DNA from: Candidatus Collierbacteria bacterium UBA2277 | Lineage (GTDB): Bacteria; Patescibacteriota; Microgenomatia; UBA1400; MFAQ01 | Length of the DNA stretch: 64,000 nucleotides | Direction of reading: 5' to 3' | Assembly (NCBI GenBank): GCA_002347045.1 | Contig: DDWV01000001.1 | Location: forward strand, 100,443 to 164,442 | Part shown: positions 1-11,376 of the stretch, piece after piece | How the letters are laid out: every line of letters starts with the position of its first letter | How positions within the stretch are numbered: the stretch's first letter is position 1 | Notes under the pieces: generated by a model | Database searches by the model: none | Told to the model about the DNA's origin: nothing | What the model saw: the letters and a program-made list of their open reading frames with translations, nothing else | Position numbers and translations under genes: made by a program

Positions 1-1
1 T

Positions 2-538
2 TATGACCGTCTTGTATTTGTATCCAGCATTAAGAAGCTGAAGTAAGCGGTGTGAAATGATGTCTGGAAGATAACCGATAAAGACATTATTCATGCTGCA
101 AATTTTGACTTTGTGTTTACAGTGACCAAGCGTTACAGGTTCTCCAATATTAAGTAAAGAAAAGATTTTTGGTTCGGCTTGATTAACTAAAGGTAATACT
201 TTTGATTTCCCCGGTTCTTCAATGAAGCTAACTGCTTGAGAGTAAGGGTTGAGGAGACTTGCTGACTTGTTTGTTTTTAATCTGAGGAGATTGTTTTTTG
301 CTATCTGATTGTGTTGGTCGATTTTTGTTACTTTTATAAAACATGACTCTGCTTTTTTATTGTTTCCTGTCATTGAGTATGCAATACCAAGTCGGTTAAG
401 GGTGGAGATGTCCGTTGGGTTATCAGCAAGAATTTTTTTGTTAATACTTATTGCCTCTTTCCAGTCTTTTTTGACAGTTGCCTTTATAGCTTCTTGTTGT
501 AAATCGTGTGTAGAATCATTGTTCATGCTGGAGAACAT
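2..538 (-). CDS. TPR-repeat protein (3' end runs off window start; partial)
   Basis: Own translation of the minus strand from the ATG at 538 gives an open frame of about 179 codons with no stop before position 1. It contains TPR-like helical repeats (…NRLGIAYSMTGNNKKAESCFIKV…). It is not in the supplied ORF track. The antisense 309..572 ORF is more likely spurious. Confidence 0.4.
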   Translation of the reverse strand, partial: MFSSMNNDSTHDLQQEAIKATVKKDWKEAISINKKILADNPTDISTLNRLGIAYSMTGNNKKAESCFIKVTKIDQHNQIAKNNLLRLKTNKSASLLNPYSQAVSFIEEPGKSKVLPLVNQAEPKIFSLLNIGEPVTLGHCKHKVKICSMNNVFIGYLPDIISHRLLQLLNAGYKYKTVI

Positions 539-593
539 ATTAAAGATAATTTGTACATATGTCAAGCTGTAGAATGTTTGGTAGAATTGAGTT

Positions 594-1121
594 ATGTCTG
601 GTCATTCGAAGTGGTCTACCATTAAGCATCAAAAAGCAATTGAAGATAACAAGCGAGGTGCAGTGTTTACAAAAATTGCAAAAAAGATTCATATAGCGGT
701 TAAAAAGGGTGGTTCTGGTGATGTTAACACAAATCCATTTTTAAGAACATGTGTTGACGAAGCGAGGTCTGTAAATATGCCGATGGAAAATATTAAAAGA
801 GCTATAGATAAAGGTTTGGGCGTGGGTGGCGCAGATATGTCGGAAGAGATTGTTTATGAAGCATACAGTAGTGAGGGTGTTGGGATTTTAATTACCGCCG
901 TGACAGACAATCGCAACAGAATGGCCTCTGATTTAAATGTGGTTTTAAATAAGTACTCTGCAAAGCTTGGTGGACCGGGATCTGTGTCATACATGAAAGC
1001 AATTTTACCTGTTCCTATGGTTAATCTTGAAGGTGCTTCTAGAGAAACTGTTTTGGGACTTATCGAGTCACTTTCGAGCTTAGATGACGTTGTTGACGTG
1101 TGGTCAAACTTGGAAGAATAA
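594..1121 (+). CDS. yebC: YebC/PmpR-family probable transcriptional regulator (short form)
   Basis: N-terminus MSGHSKWSTIKHQKA… matches the YebC/TACO1 family signature. At 175 aa it is shorter than the usual ~240 aa. Confidence 0.75.
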   Translation: MSGHSKWSTIKHQKAIEDNKRGAVFTKIAKKIHIAVKKGGSGDVNTNPFLRTCVDEARSVNMPMENIKRAIDKGLGVGGADMSEEIVYEAYSSEGVGILITAVTDNRNRMASDLNVVLNKYSAKLGGPGSVSYMKAILPVPMVNLEGASRETVLGLIESLSSLDDVVDVWSNLEE

Positions 1122-1945
1122 TGGATAAAAGAACTAAGTTTATTATCGTAAGTATCATAATTGCTATTGCTTTGTGGTTATCTACAATGGCTCAGGTAGA
1201 TTATCGTTTTGGTTTGATTTTGGCGGTTTCTGCGGTAACGTATATTCTTTCGGTTTGGGTCCTGTTTGACGATCTGAAGGGCATTGAGTGGATTACGCTT
1301 ATGATTTTACCAGTGGCTTTTACTTTGGGTAGTGGCTTGTTTTCGAACTTTTTGCCAACTGCTTTTCCGGGATTTTTAGGTTTGAGTTTGTCTATTGAAA
1401 TGGCTCAGCTGTTGGCAGGGGTATTTCGAGCTATATATTTCATCTTTTTTGGTTTGGGTATATATGGAATTTTGTTGATTGAAAATATTTTTTCTGTAGC
1501 TTCGATTAGGACTATTCAGTTGTTTAGGGCTGCTCGGTCAGTGAACTTTATTCTTACGCTAGTTACGTCATTATTTTTTTTCACGGTGGCCTTGAGTTTG
1601 AAGCTTGCTTTTTGGTGGGTAATTCCAATATCTTTTTTGGTTTCGTTTGTTTTAGCTTATCCTAGTCTTTGGAGTGTCGACCTTAAGAATAATTTTGGGC
1701 CAGAAGTTTTGAGATATGCCATTTCTTCCTCTTGGGTCATTGCTATTACTTCAGGAGTTCTTTGTTTTTGGCCTGTTAAACCGTTTATGGGTGGTTTAAT
1801 ACTTACATCAGGTCTTTATGCTTTGTTTGGGATACTTGAACAAAGGTTGTCGAGTAGAGTTTATTTGGAGAGTTTGTACGAGTATGGAGTTACTGTATTA
1901 ATTATTCTTGTCGTTGGATTTTTGACGACTTCTTGGATTGGTTGA
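1100..1945 (+). CDS. multi-pass integral membrane protein, unknown function
   Basis: Highly hydrophobic with about 8 predicted helices. No motif recognised. Confidence 0.45.
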   Translation: MVKLGRIMDKRTKFIIVSIIIAIALWLSTMAQVDYRFGLILAVSAVTYILSVWVLFDDLKGIEWITLMILPVAFTLGSGLFSNFLPTAFPGFLGLSLSIEMAQLLAGVFRAIYFIFFGLGIYGILLIENIFSVASIRTIQLFRAARSVNFILTLVTSLFFFTVALSLKLAFWWVIPISFLVSFVLAYPSLWSVDLKNNFGPEVLRYAISSSWVIAITSGVLCFWPVKPFMGGLILTSGLYALFGILEQRLSSRVYLESLYEYGVTVLIILVVGFLTTSWIG

Positions 1946-2008
1946 GATTAATATTTTTTTGAATTAAAAAGAATATTTTCTTCGGGTTTGGGTAAAAAGG
2001 GGAGAGGA

Positions 2009-2055
2009 CCTATAACAGTGTCCTATAATAAATATCCTATAACTCATAACCTATA
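2009..2055. repeat. four direct CCTATAA(Y) repeats at 13-14 bp spacing (iteron-like)
   Basis: CCTATAA at 2009, 2022, 2036 and 2049. Followed by two TTTTCACGAAA copies 20 bp apart (2060, 2080). Confidence 0.6.
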
Positions 2056-2101
2056 ATAGTTTTCACGAAAACTGATTCTTTTCACGAAATTTAGCAAGGC
2101 C

Positions 2102-2110
2102 TGTGGATAA
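2102..2110 (-). promoter_or_regulatory. perfect consensus DnaA box (TTATCCACA on the minus strand)
   Basis: TGTGGATAA on the plus strand. Confidence 0.5.
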
Positions 2111-2856
2111 CTGCTAGGTGAGTGGGTTTGATACAGTTGATGGAAGAATTGGATACATAGACTTATGACATAGAGAGGGTGCCTACTTTTTATCATTGTT
2201 TAATTATTATTAAAATAATTGAAATCGCTTAGCTGTCGGAATACGTAGAGTAGAAGTATTTGTTTCTATTCTATACTTCCCCATTTTTATAGAAGTAGTG
2301 GTGGCAGAAGAATGATTTATGATACGTCGCACAATAATACTTTTGCGACGTAATTCAAAAAGTTGGGCTCGAGGAGGTTATTATTCACCCATCAAGTTGT
2401 TTTGTATATAATCCCGAAAGGTTTTCGTGTTTTAGTCCCCTTTGCTCTGTTTTTGTTGATTCTTTTGGTACTTGTGCCTGCTAGCCTCACTTACTGCTTT
2501 TCTATATATAAACCCGAAACTTTGAGCTATATTGTCTATGATAAAGTACCCATGAAATCTTCTAGGAGCCGTTTTAGGGGCATTGTACGAGTTGGATAAA
2601 TTGTATAACTAGGCTTGAATTACCTTCATCTTCAATTGATGAAAGAGATGCTTGTTTTGTGCGTAGATTGCTTTTTTAGAGTCTTTAATATGGTGAATTA
2701 TAGTTAATATTAGGTTTGATTGTTTACACAAATTTTTTTAGTAAAAATTTTTTAGTTTTTATATGATTTATTAATTAGATAATTTTTAATATTTCATATA
2801 ATTTCTAAATTGTTTTTGCAATTTGTTTTTAACGCAACTAATTCTTTGTTTGTATT

Positions 2857-2865
2857 TGTGGATAA
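2857..2865 (-). promoter_or_regulatory. second perfect consensus DnaA box (TTATCCACA on the minus strand)
   Basis: TGTGGATAA on the plus strand, at the edge of an AT tract of about 140 bp that looks more than 85 percent A+T. Confidence 0.5.
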
Positions 2866-2952
2866 CTTTAGTTGTGTATTTCTTTGTTATTTCTTGCTCC
2901 TCCCCTACTTTCTTATCCCCTACTTTTCATGCCGTGAAAATTTTTATAAAAA

Positions 2953-2972
2953 ACCCCGCTTTTTAGCGGGGT
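2953..2972. terminator. bidirectional rho-independent terminator hairpin (ACCCCGC-TTTTTA-GCGGGGT) with T-runs on both sides
   Basis: Perfect 7 bp GC-rich stem seen in the sequence. On the minus strand it is followed by TTTTTTATAAAAATTTT, immediately after the stop of the M50 protease gene. Confidence 0.6.
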
Positions 2973-2978
2973 TTGTAT

Positions 2979-3620
2979 TTAAGGTATTTTGTCTACAATG
3001 TGTTCAAGTTCAAAACGATCTTTTTTCTTTTTGATTAGGTAGACGATAAAAATGATTGAGATTCCGTACGCGATGTAGCTAGTCCACGACTCAGATCCTA
3101 GTGCTGATTTTATTAAAGAATTCAAAATCAATCCGCCATCGAGTCCGAGTATCGGCCATAGATTTATTCTTCCCAACCTTATGTTCATCATGGAAAAATA
3201 TCGAAGACTGCTTCCCGATAGGGAGTGTCCTAGAAAATATATTATCGGCATACCAATCAGTGCGAGCAAAAAGTTTGAGAATGGTCCTGCAATTGCAATC
3301 AAAATTACTTTATATGGTTCGATGCTGTTGATACTCAATCCGTTCGAAACGTAAGCAAAAGCACCATTTATTCCGGCGCTTGTTATTCTGAAACCAAAGT
3401 TTTCTGCCACAATTGCGTGACTAATTTCATGTATAAAAATAGAGAAAATAATCAATATCACCGAAAAAAAACCAGCAATTAGGTATCCAGTGATGTTTTC
3501 CCCTTCTAGATTTTTTCTCAAATAGAGAAAGGAGTGAACAAAAAATACTAAAAATAAAAAAATTGTAGTCCAGTGGACTGAAACGGAAACACCGAGTAAC
3601 AGAAAATTAAGGACCATCAT
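2979..3620 (-). CDS. site-2 protease-like membrane metalloprotease (peptidase M50 family)
   Basis: HExxH motif (HEISHAIVAENFGF) sits inside a polytopic membrane protein. Confidence 0.55.
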   Translation of the reverse strand: MMVLNFLLLGVSVSVHWTTIFLFLVFFVHSFLYLRKNLEGENITGYLIAGFFSVILIIFSIFIHEISHAIVAENFGFRITSAGINGAFAYVSNGLSINSIEPYKVILIAIAGPFSNFLLALIGMPIIYFLGHSLSGSSLRYFSMMNIRLGRINLWPILGLDGGLILNSLIKSALGSESWTSYIAYGISIIFIVYLIKKKKDRFELEHIVDKIP

Positions 3621-3679
3621 TCCTCCTTGGAATAGAAAGTTAATGTGCAGTAGTCCTATATTATACGATGAATTCGGTT

Positions 3680-3749
3680 TTCGCGCGTTTCTAAAATATT
3701 GTTCAAAAGAAAAGGTATTAAGACTCTTTCTGCAGAAAAAGTTGATTTG
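3680..3749. repeat. about 70-bp near-exact copy of an internal xerC segment (4532..4599) in the intergenic region between the M50 gene start and the PTP gene stop
   Basis: Direct comparison: 68 of 68 positions match apart from a 2-nt GA insertion. Confidence 0.85.
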
Positions 3750-3751
3750 AT

Positions 3752-4186
3752 TTATTTGCTTAAGCTGATAGCCAAGGAGTCTACTTTTGCTTTTATTTTT
3801 GAGAATGTATCACGAGTTTCTTTTTTGATGCTGTCTATCTCCTGTGCTGTTATGTCTTTAATTTCCCAGATTTCATATTTCTTAGGAATATATCCAAGGG
3901 TTTGAGTAACAAAATCATAGTGAAGTTTGGTCATAAATATGATAATGTCGACGTTCTTTAACAGCTCTAGGGTAGTTTTTTGCCATGTGGGAGCCATAAA
4001 TTCCTCGAGATGGTTTTCCTTTATGATTTCTAGTGAGTACCACCCGATTGCGTCGTCTATTTCCTCACCTGCCTTAATTCCACTTGAGTTTACTATGACT
4101 TCAGGAATTTTCTTAGAGTTTAAATATGTCTCGCCAAGACGGCTTCTGTATATGTTGCCTGTGCAGATGAAGTGTACTTTTGTCAT
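3752..4186 (-). CDS. low-molecular-weight protein-tyrosine phosphatase / ArsC-like
   Basis: N-terminal P-loop CTGNIYRS (CX5R motif) at residues 8-15. Size of 144 aa is typical for the family. Confidence 0.7.
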   Translation of the reverse strand: MTKVHFICTGNIYRSRLGETYLNSKKIPEVIVNSSGIKAGEEIDDAIGWYSLEIIKENHLEEFMAPTWQKTTLELLKNVDIIIFMTKLHYDFVTQTLGYIPKKYEIWEIKDITAQEIDSIKKETRDTFSKIKAKVDSLAISLSK

Positions 4187-4251
4187 TTAGTAGTTATTCA
4201 GTCATTATAGCAAAGGTATATGTGTCGCACAATAATTTGTTATGATTAGTT

Positions 4252-5199
4252 ATGGCTAGTAAGAAACCAGTTGACATAACCCTTAGGCTACATATAAAAA
4301 GATACTTAAGCTTTATAGAGGTAGAGAAAAATTATAGCAAGTTTACAATTCGCAATTACTCCCACTATCTTAAGGTATTTCGCTCTTGGTTTGAAAAACA
4401 TTATGAACAAGAATATATTGAGAAGCTTACAAGTGAGATGGTTCGAAAATATAGATTATATTTAACAAGACATGAGGATCTTCGAGGTAAGAGGCTCTCC
4501 CCTACCACTCAAAGCTATTATGTGATTGCTCTTCGCGCGTTTCTAAAATATTGTTCAAAAAAAGGTATTAAGACTCTTTCTGCAGAAAAAGTTGATTTGC
4601 CTAAAAGTGAGGGTCACAAGATTAAGTTTTTGGATAGAGACCAGGTTGAGAGACTCTTAACAGCACCTGACACATCGACTGTTTCAGGGTTGAGGGATAG
4701 AACTATTTTAGAGGTTCTCTTTTGTACTGGGCTTCGTGTGTCTGAGCTAGCAAAACTTGATATTGATAAAATTGATTTGAAACAGAGAGAGTTTGGCATA
4801 ATTGGAAAAGGTAGGAGGGCTAGAGTAGTTTTCCTAACGGAAAGGGCGTCGGCTTGGCTTGGAAAGTATCTTGCTGTTCGCACTGATCCATACAGACCGT
4901 TGTGGATTCGTATCCCCAAAAATGGTGAGTGGGATCCAGCAATGGGTGGAGCTAGAGCAAGATTGTCAGTTCGTGGAATTCAGAGGATTGTAGAAAAATA
5001 CCGTCGTGTTGCAGGATTGTCAATTCGAGTTAGCCCGCACGTACTAAGACACTCTTTTGCAACGACTTTGCTTCAGCAAGGAGCAGATTTGAGAAGTGTA
5101 CAAGAGATGCTTGGTCATAAAAATGTAGCGACTACACAGATATATACTCATGTGACTAATCCCCAGTTAAAACAGATTCATGATAAGTATTTAAAATAG
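4252..5199 (+). CDS. xerC: tyrosine site-specific recombinase XerC/XerD family
   Basis: C-terminal catalytic region HVLRHSFATTLLQQGADLRSVQEMLGHKNVATTQIYTHV contains the R…HxxR…Y signature. Confidence 0.85.
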   Translation: MASKKPVDITLRLHIKRYLSFIEVEKNYSKFTIRNYSHYLKVFRSWFEKHYEQEYIEKLTSEMVRKYRLYLTRHEDLRGKRLSPTTQSYYVIALRAFLKYCSKKGIKTLSAEKVDLPKSEGHKIKFLDRDQVERLLTAPDTSTVSGLRDRTILEVLFCTGLRVSELAKLDIDKIDLKQREFGIIGKGRRARVVFLTERASAWLGKYLAVRTDPYRPLWIRIPKNGEWDPAMGGARARLSVRGIQRIVEKYRRVAGLSIRVSPHVLRHSFATTLLQQGADLRSVQEMLGHKNVATTQIYTHVTNPQLKQIHDKYLK

Positions 5200-5202
5200 C
5201 AA

Positions 5203-5227
5203 GAAAAATCCGCCCCTTTCAGGGCGG
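5203..5227 (-). terminator. rho-independent terminator (CCGCCC-loop-GGGCGG, then a T-run on the minus strand)
   Basis: Hairpin lies between the xerC stop and the small minus-strand gene. On the minus strand it is followed by ATTTTTCTT. Confidence 0.5.
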
Positions 5228-5238
5228 AGTGAAACCAG

Positions 5239-5379
5239 TTATTTTATACAAATAAGGACTACTCCGAGAGCAATTGCGACTATACCGATAATCAACCACA
5301 GGACGGTGTTTGATCCAAAGACTAGTCCAAAACCAATAATCACGGAAAAGATACCCATAACTCTCTTGTCAAAATTCAT
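5239..5379 (-). CDS. small hydrophobic membrane peptide (46 aa)
   Basis: Own translation: MNFDKRVMGIFSVIIGFGLVFGSNTVLWLIIGIVAIALGVVLICIK. A strong SD (AAGGAGG) lies 6 nt upstream and a terminator follows immediately. It is below the ORF-track size cutoff. Confidence 0.4.
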   Translation of the reverse strand: MNFDKRVMGIFSVIIGFGLVFGSNTVLWLIIGIVAIALGVVLICIK

Positions 5380-5454
5380 TATTCCTCCTTAACAATCTAA
5401 ATGTTCGAATATCAGTATATTATCACTAAGATACATTCAAGTCAATGCTATGGG

Positions 5455-8112
5455 TTATAGCTCTTTTTCTGAGTCATCTCCTACTGCTGTGACAGCAGCT
5501 ACGGAGTCACCTTCTTTAGCAAAGCGCATAAGAATTACTCCTTGTGTAGCTCGACCAAGTCTGGGTATGTTTTTGATTGGTAGCTTTATTGCTTGGCCTT
5601 GTGAAGTGGTAATTAAAAGCACCTCTGAGTCTTTGTCCACAAGAAGAGCGCCAGAAAGGTTTCCTGTTTTGTCTGTTGTCTCACACACCTTAAGGCCCTG
5701 ACCTGATCTTTTTTGAACTGGATACTCAGAAAGAGGTGTCCTTTTGCCCATACCATTTTCCGTGACGATGAGTAGGTCTCGGAATAACTTTATTCTTTTG
5801 TCTGTGGATACTGGTTCTTCCGAGGAAAATACTTCCATCGAGATTACGAAGTCGTCGCCTTTTAGTAATATGCCTCTGACGCCCATGGTGTCTCGATCCG
5901 TTGCTCTCACATCAGATTCTTGAAAACGAATAGATTTACCGGCTTTTGAGACTAGTAGGATGTGGTCAGAGCCTGAAGTTTTATTTACCCAAACTAGATT
6001 ATCATTGTCTTGAAGCTTTATGGCTATAAGTCCATTGCTCTTGATGTTTTCATATTTACTAAGAGCAGTTCTTTTGACTACACCGCTTTTTGTAGTGAAA
6101 AATAGATAATTATTTTTCTCTACTTGTTTTGGAAGAGGAAGAATACTCTTGATGTCTTCATCGGTGTCAATATTGATTAGGTTGATGATTGCCTGACCCT
6201 TACTAATTCGACTACCCTCTGGTAGCTCCCAAACTTTGAGGGAAAAGACTTTACCTTTACTGGTAAATACTAATAAACGGTCATGGGTATTTGCGTTGGT
6301 TAGTAACTGTATTTCATCACTGTCTTTTATTGTCATTCCGGAAACACCTTTTCCACCTCTTTTTTGAGTTCGGAATGTAGATAGAGGCATCCTTTTTATG
6401 TATCCTGACTTGGTGAGAGTTACAATTGTTTCCTCTGATGGAATTAAGTCTTCTTCTGATATAGATCCGGGAGCATTATCAACAATTAAAGTCCTTCTTT
6501 TTTCGGGGTAATTTTTAGCAAGTTCGTTAAGCTCATCTTTTATTATTTGGAATATTTTCTTTGGATCTTTTAAGACGGCAATCAACTTTTCGATGATACT
6601 CATAAGTTCTTGATACTCAGCCTCGATTTTTTGTCTTTCAAGTGCCGCCAAACGACGTAGTTGCATCTCAAGAATAGCATTTGCTTGAATTTCGTCAAGG
6701 TCAAATTTAGAACAAAGATTTTTTCTGGCGATGTCTGAGTCAGGACTCTTTTTTATTGTTGCTATAACTTCATCTATGTTTGCGAGTGCTTTTAGCAAGC
6801 CCTCTAGAATGTGAGCCCTGTCTTTAGCTGATTTAAGTTCAAATTGAGATCGACGCACTACGACCATCTGTCTGTGAGCTGTAAACTCCATAAGTATCTG
6901 TTTTAGATTGACTAGGTGTGGTGTGCCGTCGGTTGTAAGGGCAACTATGTTTGCTGGGAAGTTTGTTTGAAGTTCAGTGTGTTTAAATAGATTATTGAGA
7001 ACACTTTTTGGTTTCGCATCTTTTTTAAGATCGATCGCAATTGTCATTCCATGTCTGTCGGACTCGTCTCTAAGATCTGCAATTCCATCGATCCTTTTCT
7101 TTTTAACTAATTCTGCGATGCTCGTAATTAGTTTTGCCTTGTTAACTTGATAAGGAATTTCGGAAATTAATATTTGGTAGCGACCATTTTTCTTTTCAAC
7201 TATTTCTGCAACCCCTCGCATGATAATGCTTGCTTTTCCAGTGGCATACATCTGCTTGATTGTATTAGTGTCATAGATTATTCCAGCGGTTGGGAAATCA
7301 GGTCCTTTAACATGTTTACATAGTTCATCAATTTCAATGTTTGACTCTAGAGTACCAATTAAGTTTTTGTAGTCGGTGGTGTGTAGGTCGCCATCTTCTA
7401 CTGTGTTTGTAGACGAAACGTCACTTTTGTCAATTAAAGCGTTTAGTGCTTTGACTACTTCTAAAAGATTGTGTGGAGGTATTTTGGTAGCCATTCCAAC
7501 AGCAATACCCTCAGACCCCATTAGTAATAAATTTGGAAGTTTTGCAGGGAGAACGAGTGGTTCTTGTTGTGAACCATCGAAATTATCAATAAAATCAACA
7601 GTGTTTTTGTCAATATCTTCGAGTAGTTCTCCTGCGATCTTAGACAAGCGTGCTTCTGTATAACGCATGGCAGCAGCAGAGTCTCCGTCTATGCTTCCAA
7701 AGTTTCCTTGTCCATCAACAAGTGGATAACGCATAGAAAAGTCTTGTGCTAAACGAACCATAGCCATATAGACTGCGGTGTCGCCATGTGGATGGTATTT
7801 ACCAAGAACTTCACCAACAATTCTGGCTGATTTTTTGTAGGCACTTTTGTGAGTTATGCCCATATCTCTCATTGCATAAAGAACTCGACGGTGAACGGGT
7901 TTTAAACCGTCTCGGATATCTGGAAGCGCTCGAGCGACAATAACGGACATTGCGTAGTCAAGATAGCTCCGCTCCATTTCTTCGACAATTGGAGAGTGTT
8001 TGATTATTCCCCACTCTGTTTTTGTGTCCAGAACTGGTGCTATCTGTGTTTGTTCGTCTGTTTCTTCTGGGATAATGACTTTGGATTTGTTTTCTTCGTT
8101 TTGGTCTTCCAT
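5455..8112 (-). CDS. gyrA: DNA gyrase subunit A
   Basis: [28 protein letters not shown] region near the active-site Tyr. 885 aa with a C-terminal beta-pinwheel region. Confidence 0.95.
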   Translation of the reverse strand: MEDQNEENKSKVIIPEETDEQTQIAPVLDTKTEWGIIKHSPIVEEMERSYLDYAMSVIVARALPDIRDGLKPVHRRVLYAMRDMGITHKSAYKKSARIVGEVLGKYHPHGDTAVYMAMVRLAQDFSMRYPLVDGQGNFGSIDGDSAAAMRYTEARLSKIAGELLEDIDKNTVDFIDNFDGSQQEPLVLPAKLPNLLLMGSEGIAVGMATKIPPHNLLEVVKALNALIDKSDVSSTNTVEDGDLHTTDYKNLIGTLESNIEIDELCKHVKGPDFPTAGIIYDTNTIKQMYATGKASIIMRGVAEIVEKKNGRYQILISEIPYQVNKAKLITSIAELVKKKRIDGIADLRDESDRHGMTIAIDLKKDAKPKSVLNNLFKHTELQTNFPANIVALTTDGTPHLVNLKQILMEFTAHRQMVVVRRSQFELKSAKDRAHILEGLLKALANIDEVIATIKKSPDSDIARKNLCSKFDLDEIQANAILEMQLRRLAALERQKIEAEYQELMSIIEKLIAVLKDPKKIFQIIKDELNELAKNYPEKRRTLIVDNAPGSISEEDLIPSEETIVTLTKSGYIKRMPLSTFRTQKRGGKGVSGMTIKDSDEIQLLTNANTHDRLLVFTSKGKVFSLKVWELPEGSRISKGQAIINLINIDTDEDIKSILPLPKQVEKNNYLFFTTKSGVVKRTALSKYENIKSNGLIAIKLQDNDNLVWVNKTSGSDHILLVSKAGKSIRFQESDVRATDRDTMGVRGILLKGDDFVISMEVFSSEEPVSTDKRIKLFRDLLIVTENGMGKRTPLSEYPVQKRSGQGLKVCETTDKTGNLSGALLVDKDSEVLLITTSQGQAIKLPIKNIPRLGRATQGVILMRFAKEGDSVAAVTAVGDDSEKEL

Positions 8113-8114
8113 TT

Positions 8115-8651
8115 TTATCTATTAAAATGATTATGATATGAGTTGATAGCTTCGTTAAGTTTTACTTCTGCTTCCTTTTGCGAAAAAAGGCCGTTAATAT
8201 CAACCCATTTTTCTGGTTCTATAATTTTATAATTTTTATAGAATCTTTGTATTAGGCTTAGTGTTGCTTCGTCGAGGTCATCTATGGTGTTAACTTTGGA
8301 TAGGTCTGAGTCAATAAGTTTACTAGGAACAGCTAGCATTTTGGTGTCAGTTCCCTCTTCGTCTTTTGTCGAAAGCATACCAATTAATCTACATTCTATT
8401 AAGAGTCCAGTAGATATGGGTTGTGAGCACAAGACAACTACATCAAGTGGGTTGTTGTCTCCTTCCCATGTCTCGGGAATAAAGCCATAGTTAAAAGGAT
8501 ACGATAACTTTGTATAAAGAACTCTATTTACGAAAAATAATTCTTTTTCGAAATCATACTCAATTTTTGTTTGCGATCCTGTTGGTACCTCAATAATTAC
8601 ATTGATGGTGGACTCTGTTTCCCGCGCTTTAATTGAGTGAAGTAGATTCAT
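8115..8651 (-). CDS. ppa: inorganic pyrophosphatase
   Basis: Family I PPase core (…[14 protein letters not shown]…[21 protein letters not shown]…). 178 aa. Confidence 0.9.
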   Translation of the reverse strand: MNLLHSIKARETESTINVIIEVPTGSQTKIEYDFEKELFFVNRVLYTKLSYPFNYGFIPETWEGDNNPLDVVVLCSQPISTGLLIECRLIGMLSTKDEEGTDTKMLAVPSKLIDSDLSKVNTIDDLDEATLSLIQRFYKNYKIIEPEKWVDINGLFSQKEAEVKLNEAINSYHNHFNR

Positions 8652-8653
8652 GT

Positions 8654-10654
<2,001 letters not shown>

Positions 10655-10709
10655 TCATTTTAACGGTTATTCCCTAACACATCAAGTACATCTGTTTGTA
10701 CAATAAGCT

Positions 10710-11348
10710 ATGTTACCAAAGATTATTGTATCTGGTGCGCTAGATAGACAGGTCATTAAAGATAGGCTCTCGATTTATGATTCTAGCATTATAGCTCTTG
10801 AAGGAAGTGACACCAAGGTTGATACAGTGCGTCACTGGATTAATTTTGGAGTGAATGTTGTAAATGGCAGTCCCGAGATGAGCTTGGTTGTTTGGGATGC
10901 CGATAAACTTTCTCCAGAGTGCCAGGCGGTGATGTTGAAACCTCTTGAAGAGTCACGGGATGAGACAAATATGTATTTGGTTGTTACAAATGAAAATGGA
11001 TTGTTGTCGACAGTTCTTTCAAGATGTATGGTTGTAGACTTGCTTGGACAGGTCGAAGATAACTCAATGTATTGGAAACGAATAAGAGAGTGTTTTGTGA
11101 AGGGTCCGGCTGCCTGTTTAGCTTATGCTGATGACCTAGACAAATTGGAGATGGAGCAATCTTTAGAAGAGTTGATTAAAAAACTGAAACTTGGGTTAAT
11201 AAAAGAAGTGAGTAAAAGTCGATTGGGAGTAATAAAGCTGGCAATAGAGTGCCTTGGTAGACTTAGAAAATCAAATGTAAATGCTAAGTTGGCCTTTGGA
11301 GATTTTTTGATTAGTTCTTGGCGCATGGTTCGAACCACCTCAAAGTAG
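10710..11348 (+). CDS. degenerate DNA polymerase III delta-prime-like clamp-loader subunit (tentative)
   Basis: …LLSTVLSRCMVVDL resembles the SRC motif of HolB/delta-prime. No intact Walker A. Weak call. Confidence 0.35.
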   Translation: MLPKIIVSGALDRQVIKDRLSIYDSSIIALEGSDTKVDTVRHWINFGVNVVNGSPEMSLVVWDADKLSPECQAVMLKPLEESRDETNMYLVVTNENGLLSTVLSRCMVVDLLGQVEDNSMYWKRIRECFVKGPAACLAYADDLDKLEMEQSLEELIKKLKLGLIKEVSKSRLGVIKLAIECLGRLRKSNVNAKLAFGDFLISSWRMVRTTSK

Positions 11349-11376
11349 AGTAATGTAGATAATTTCTGTTCGGAAA

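Noticed and set aside
309-572. Plus-strand 87-aa ORF
   Set aside because: It is antisense to a longer, TPR-containing minus-strand frame (2..538). It is hydrophobic and low-complexity and has no RBS.
2363-3034. ORFs 2363..2599 (+) and 2810..3034 (+) inside the 1 kb non-coding block
   Set aside because: The sequence is AT-rich and low-complexity (Leu/Phe-rich from T-runs). There are no expression signals. The region is better explained as non-coding (DnaA boxes, AT tract, terminator).
3699-3905. ORF 3699..3905 (+)
   Set aside because: It begins inside the duplicated xerC fragment and runs antisense to the LMW-PTP gene. It is an artefact of the repeat.
4614-4919. ORF 4614..4919 (-)
   Set aside because: It is antisense within xerC, which has strong family motifs on the plus strand.
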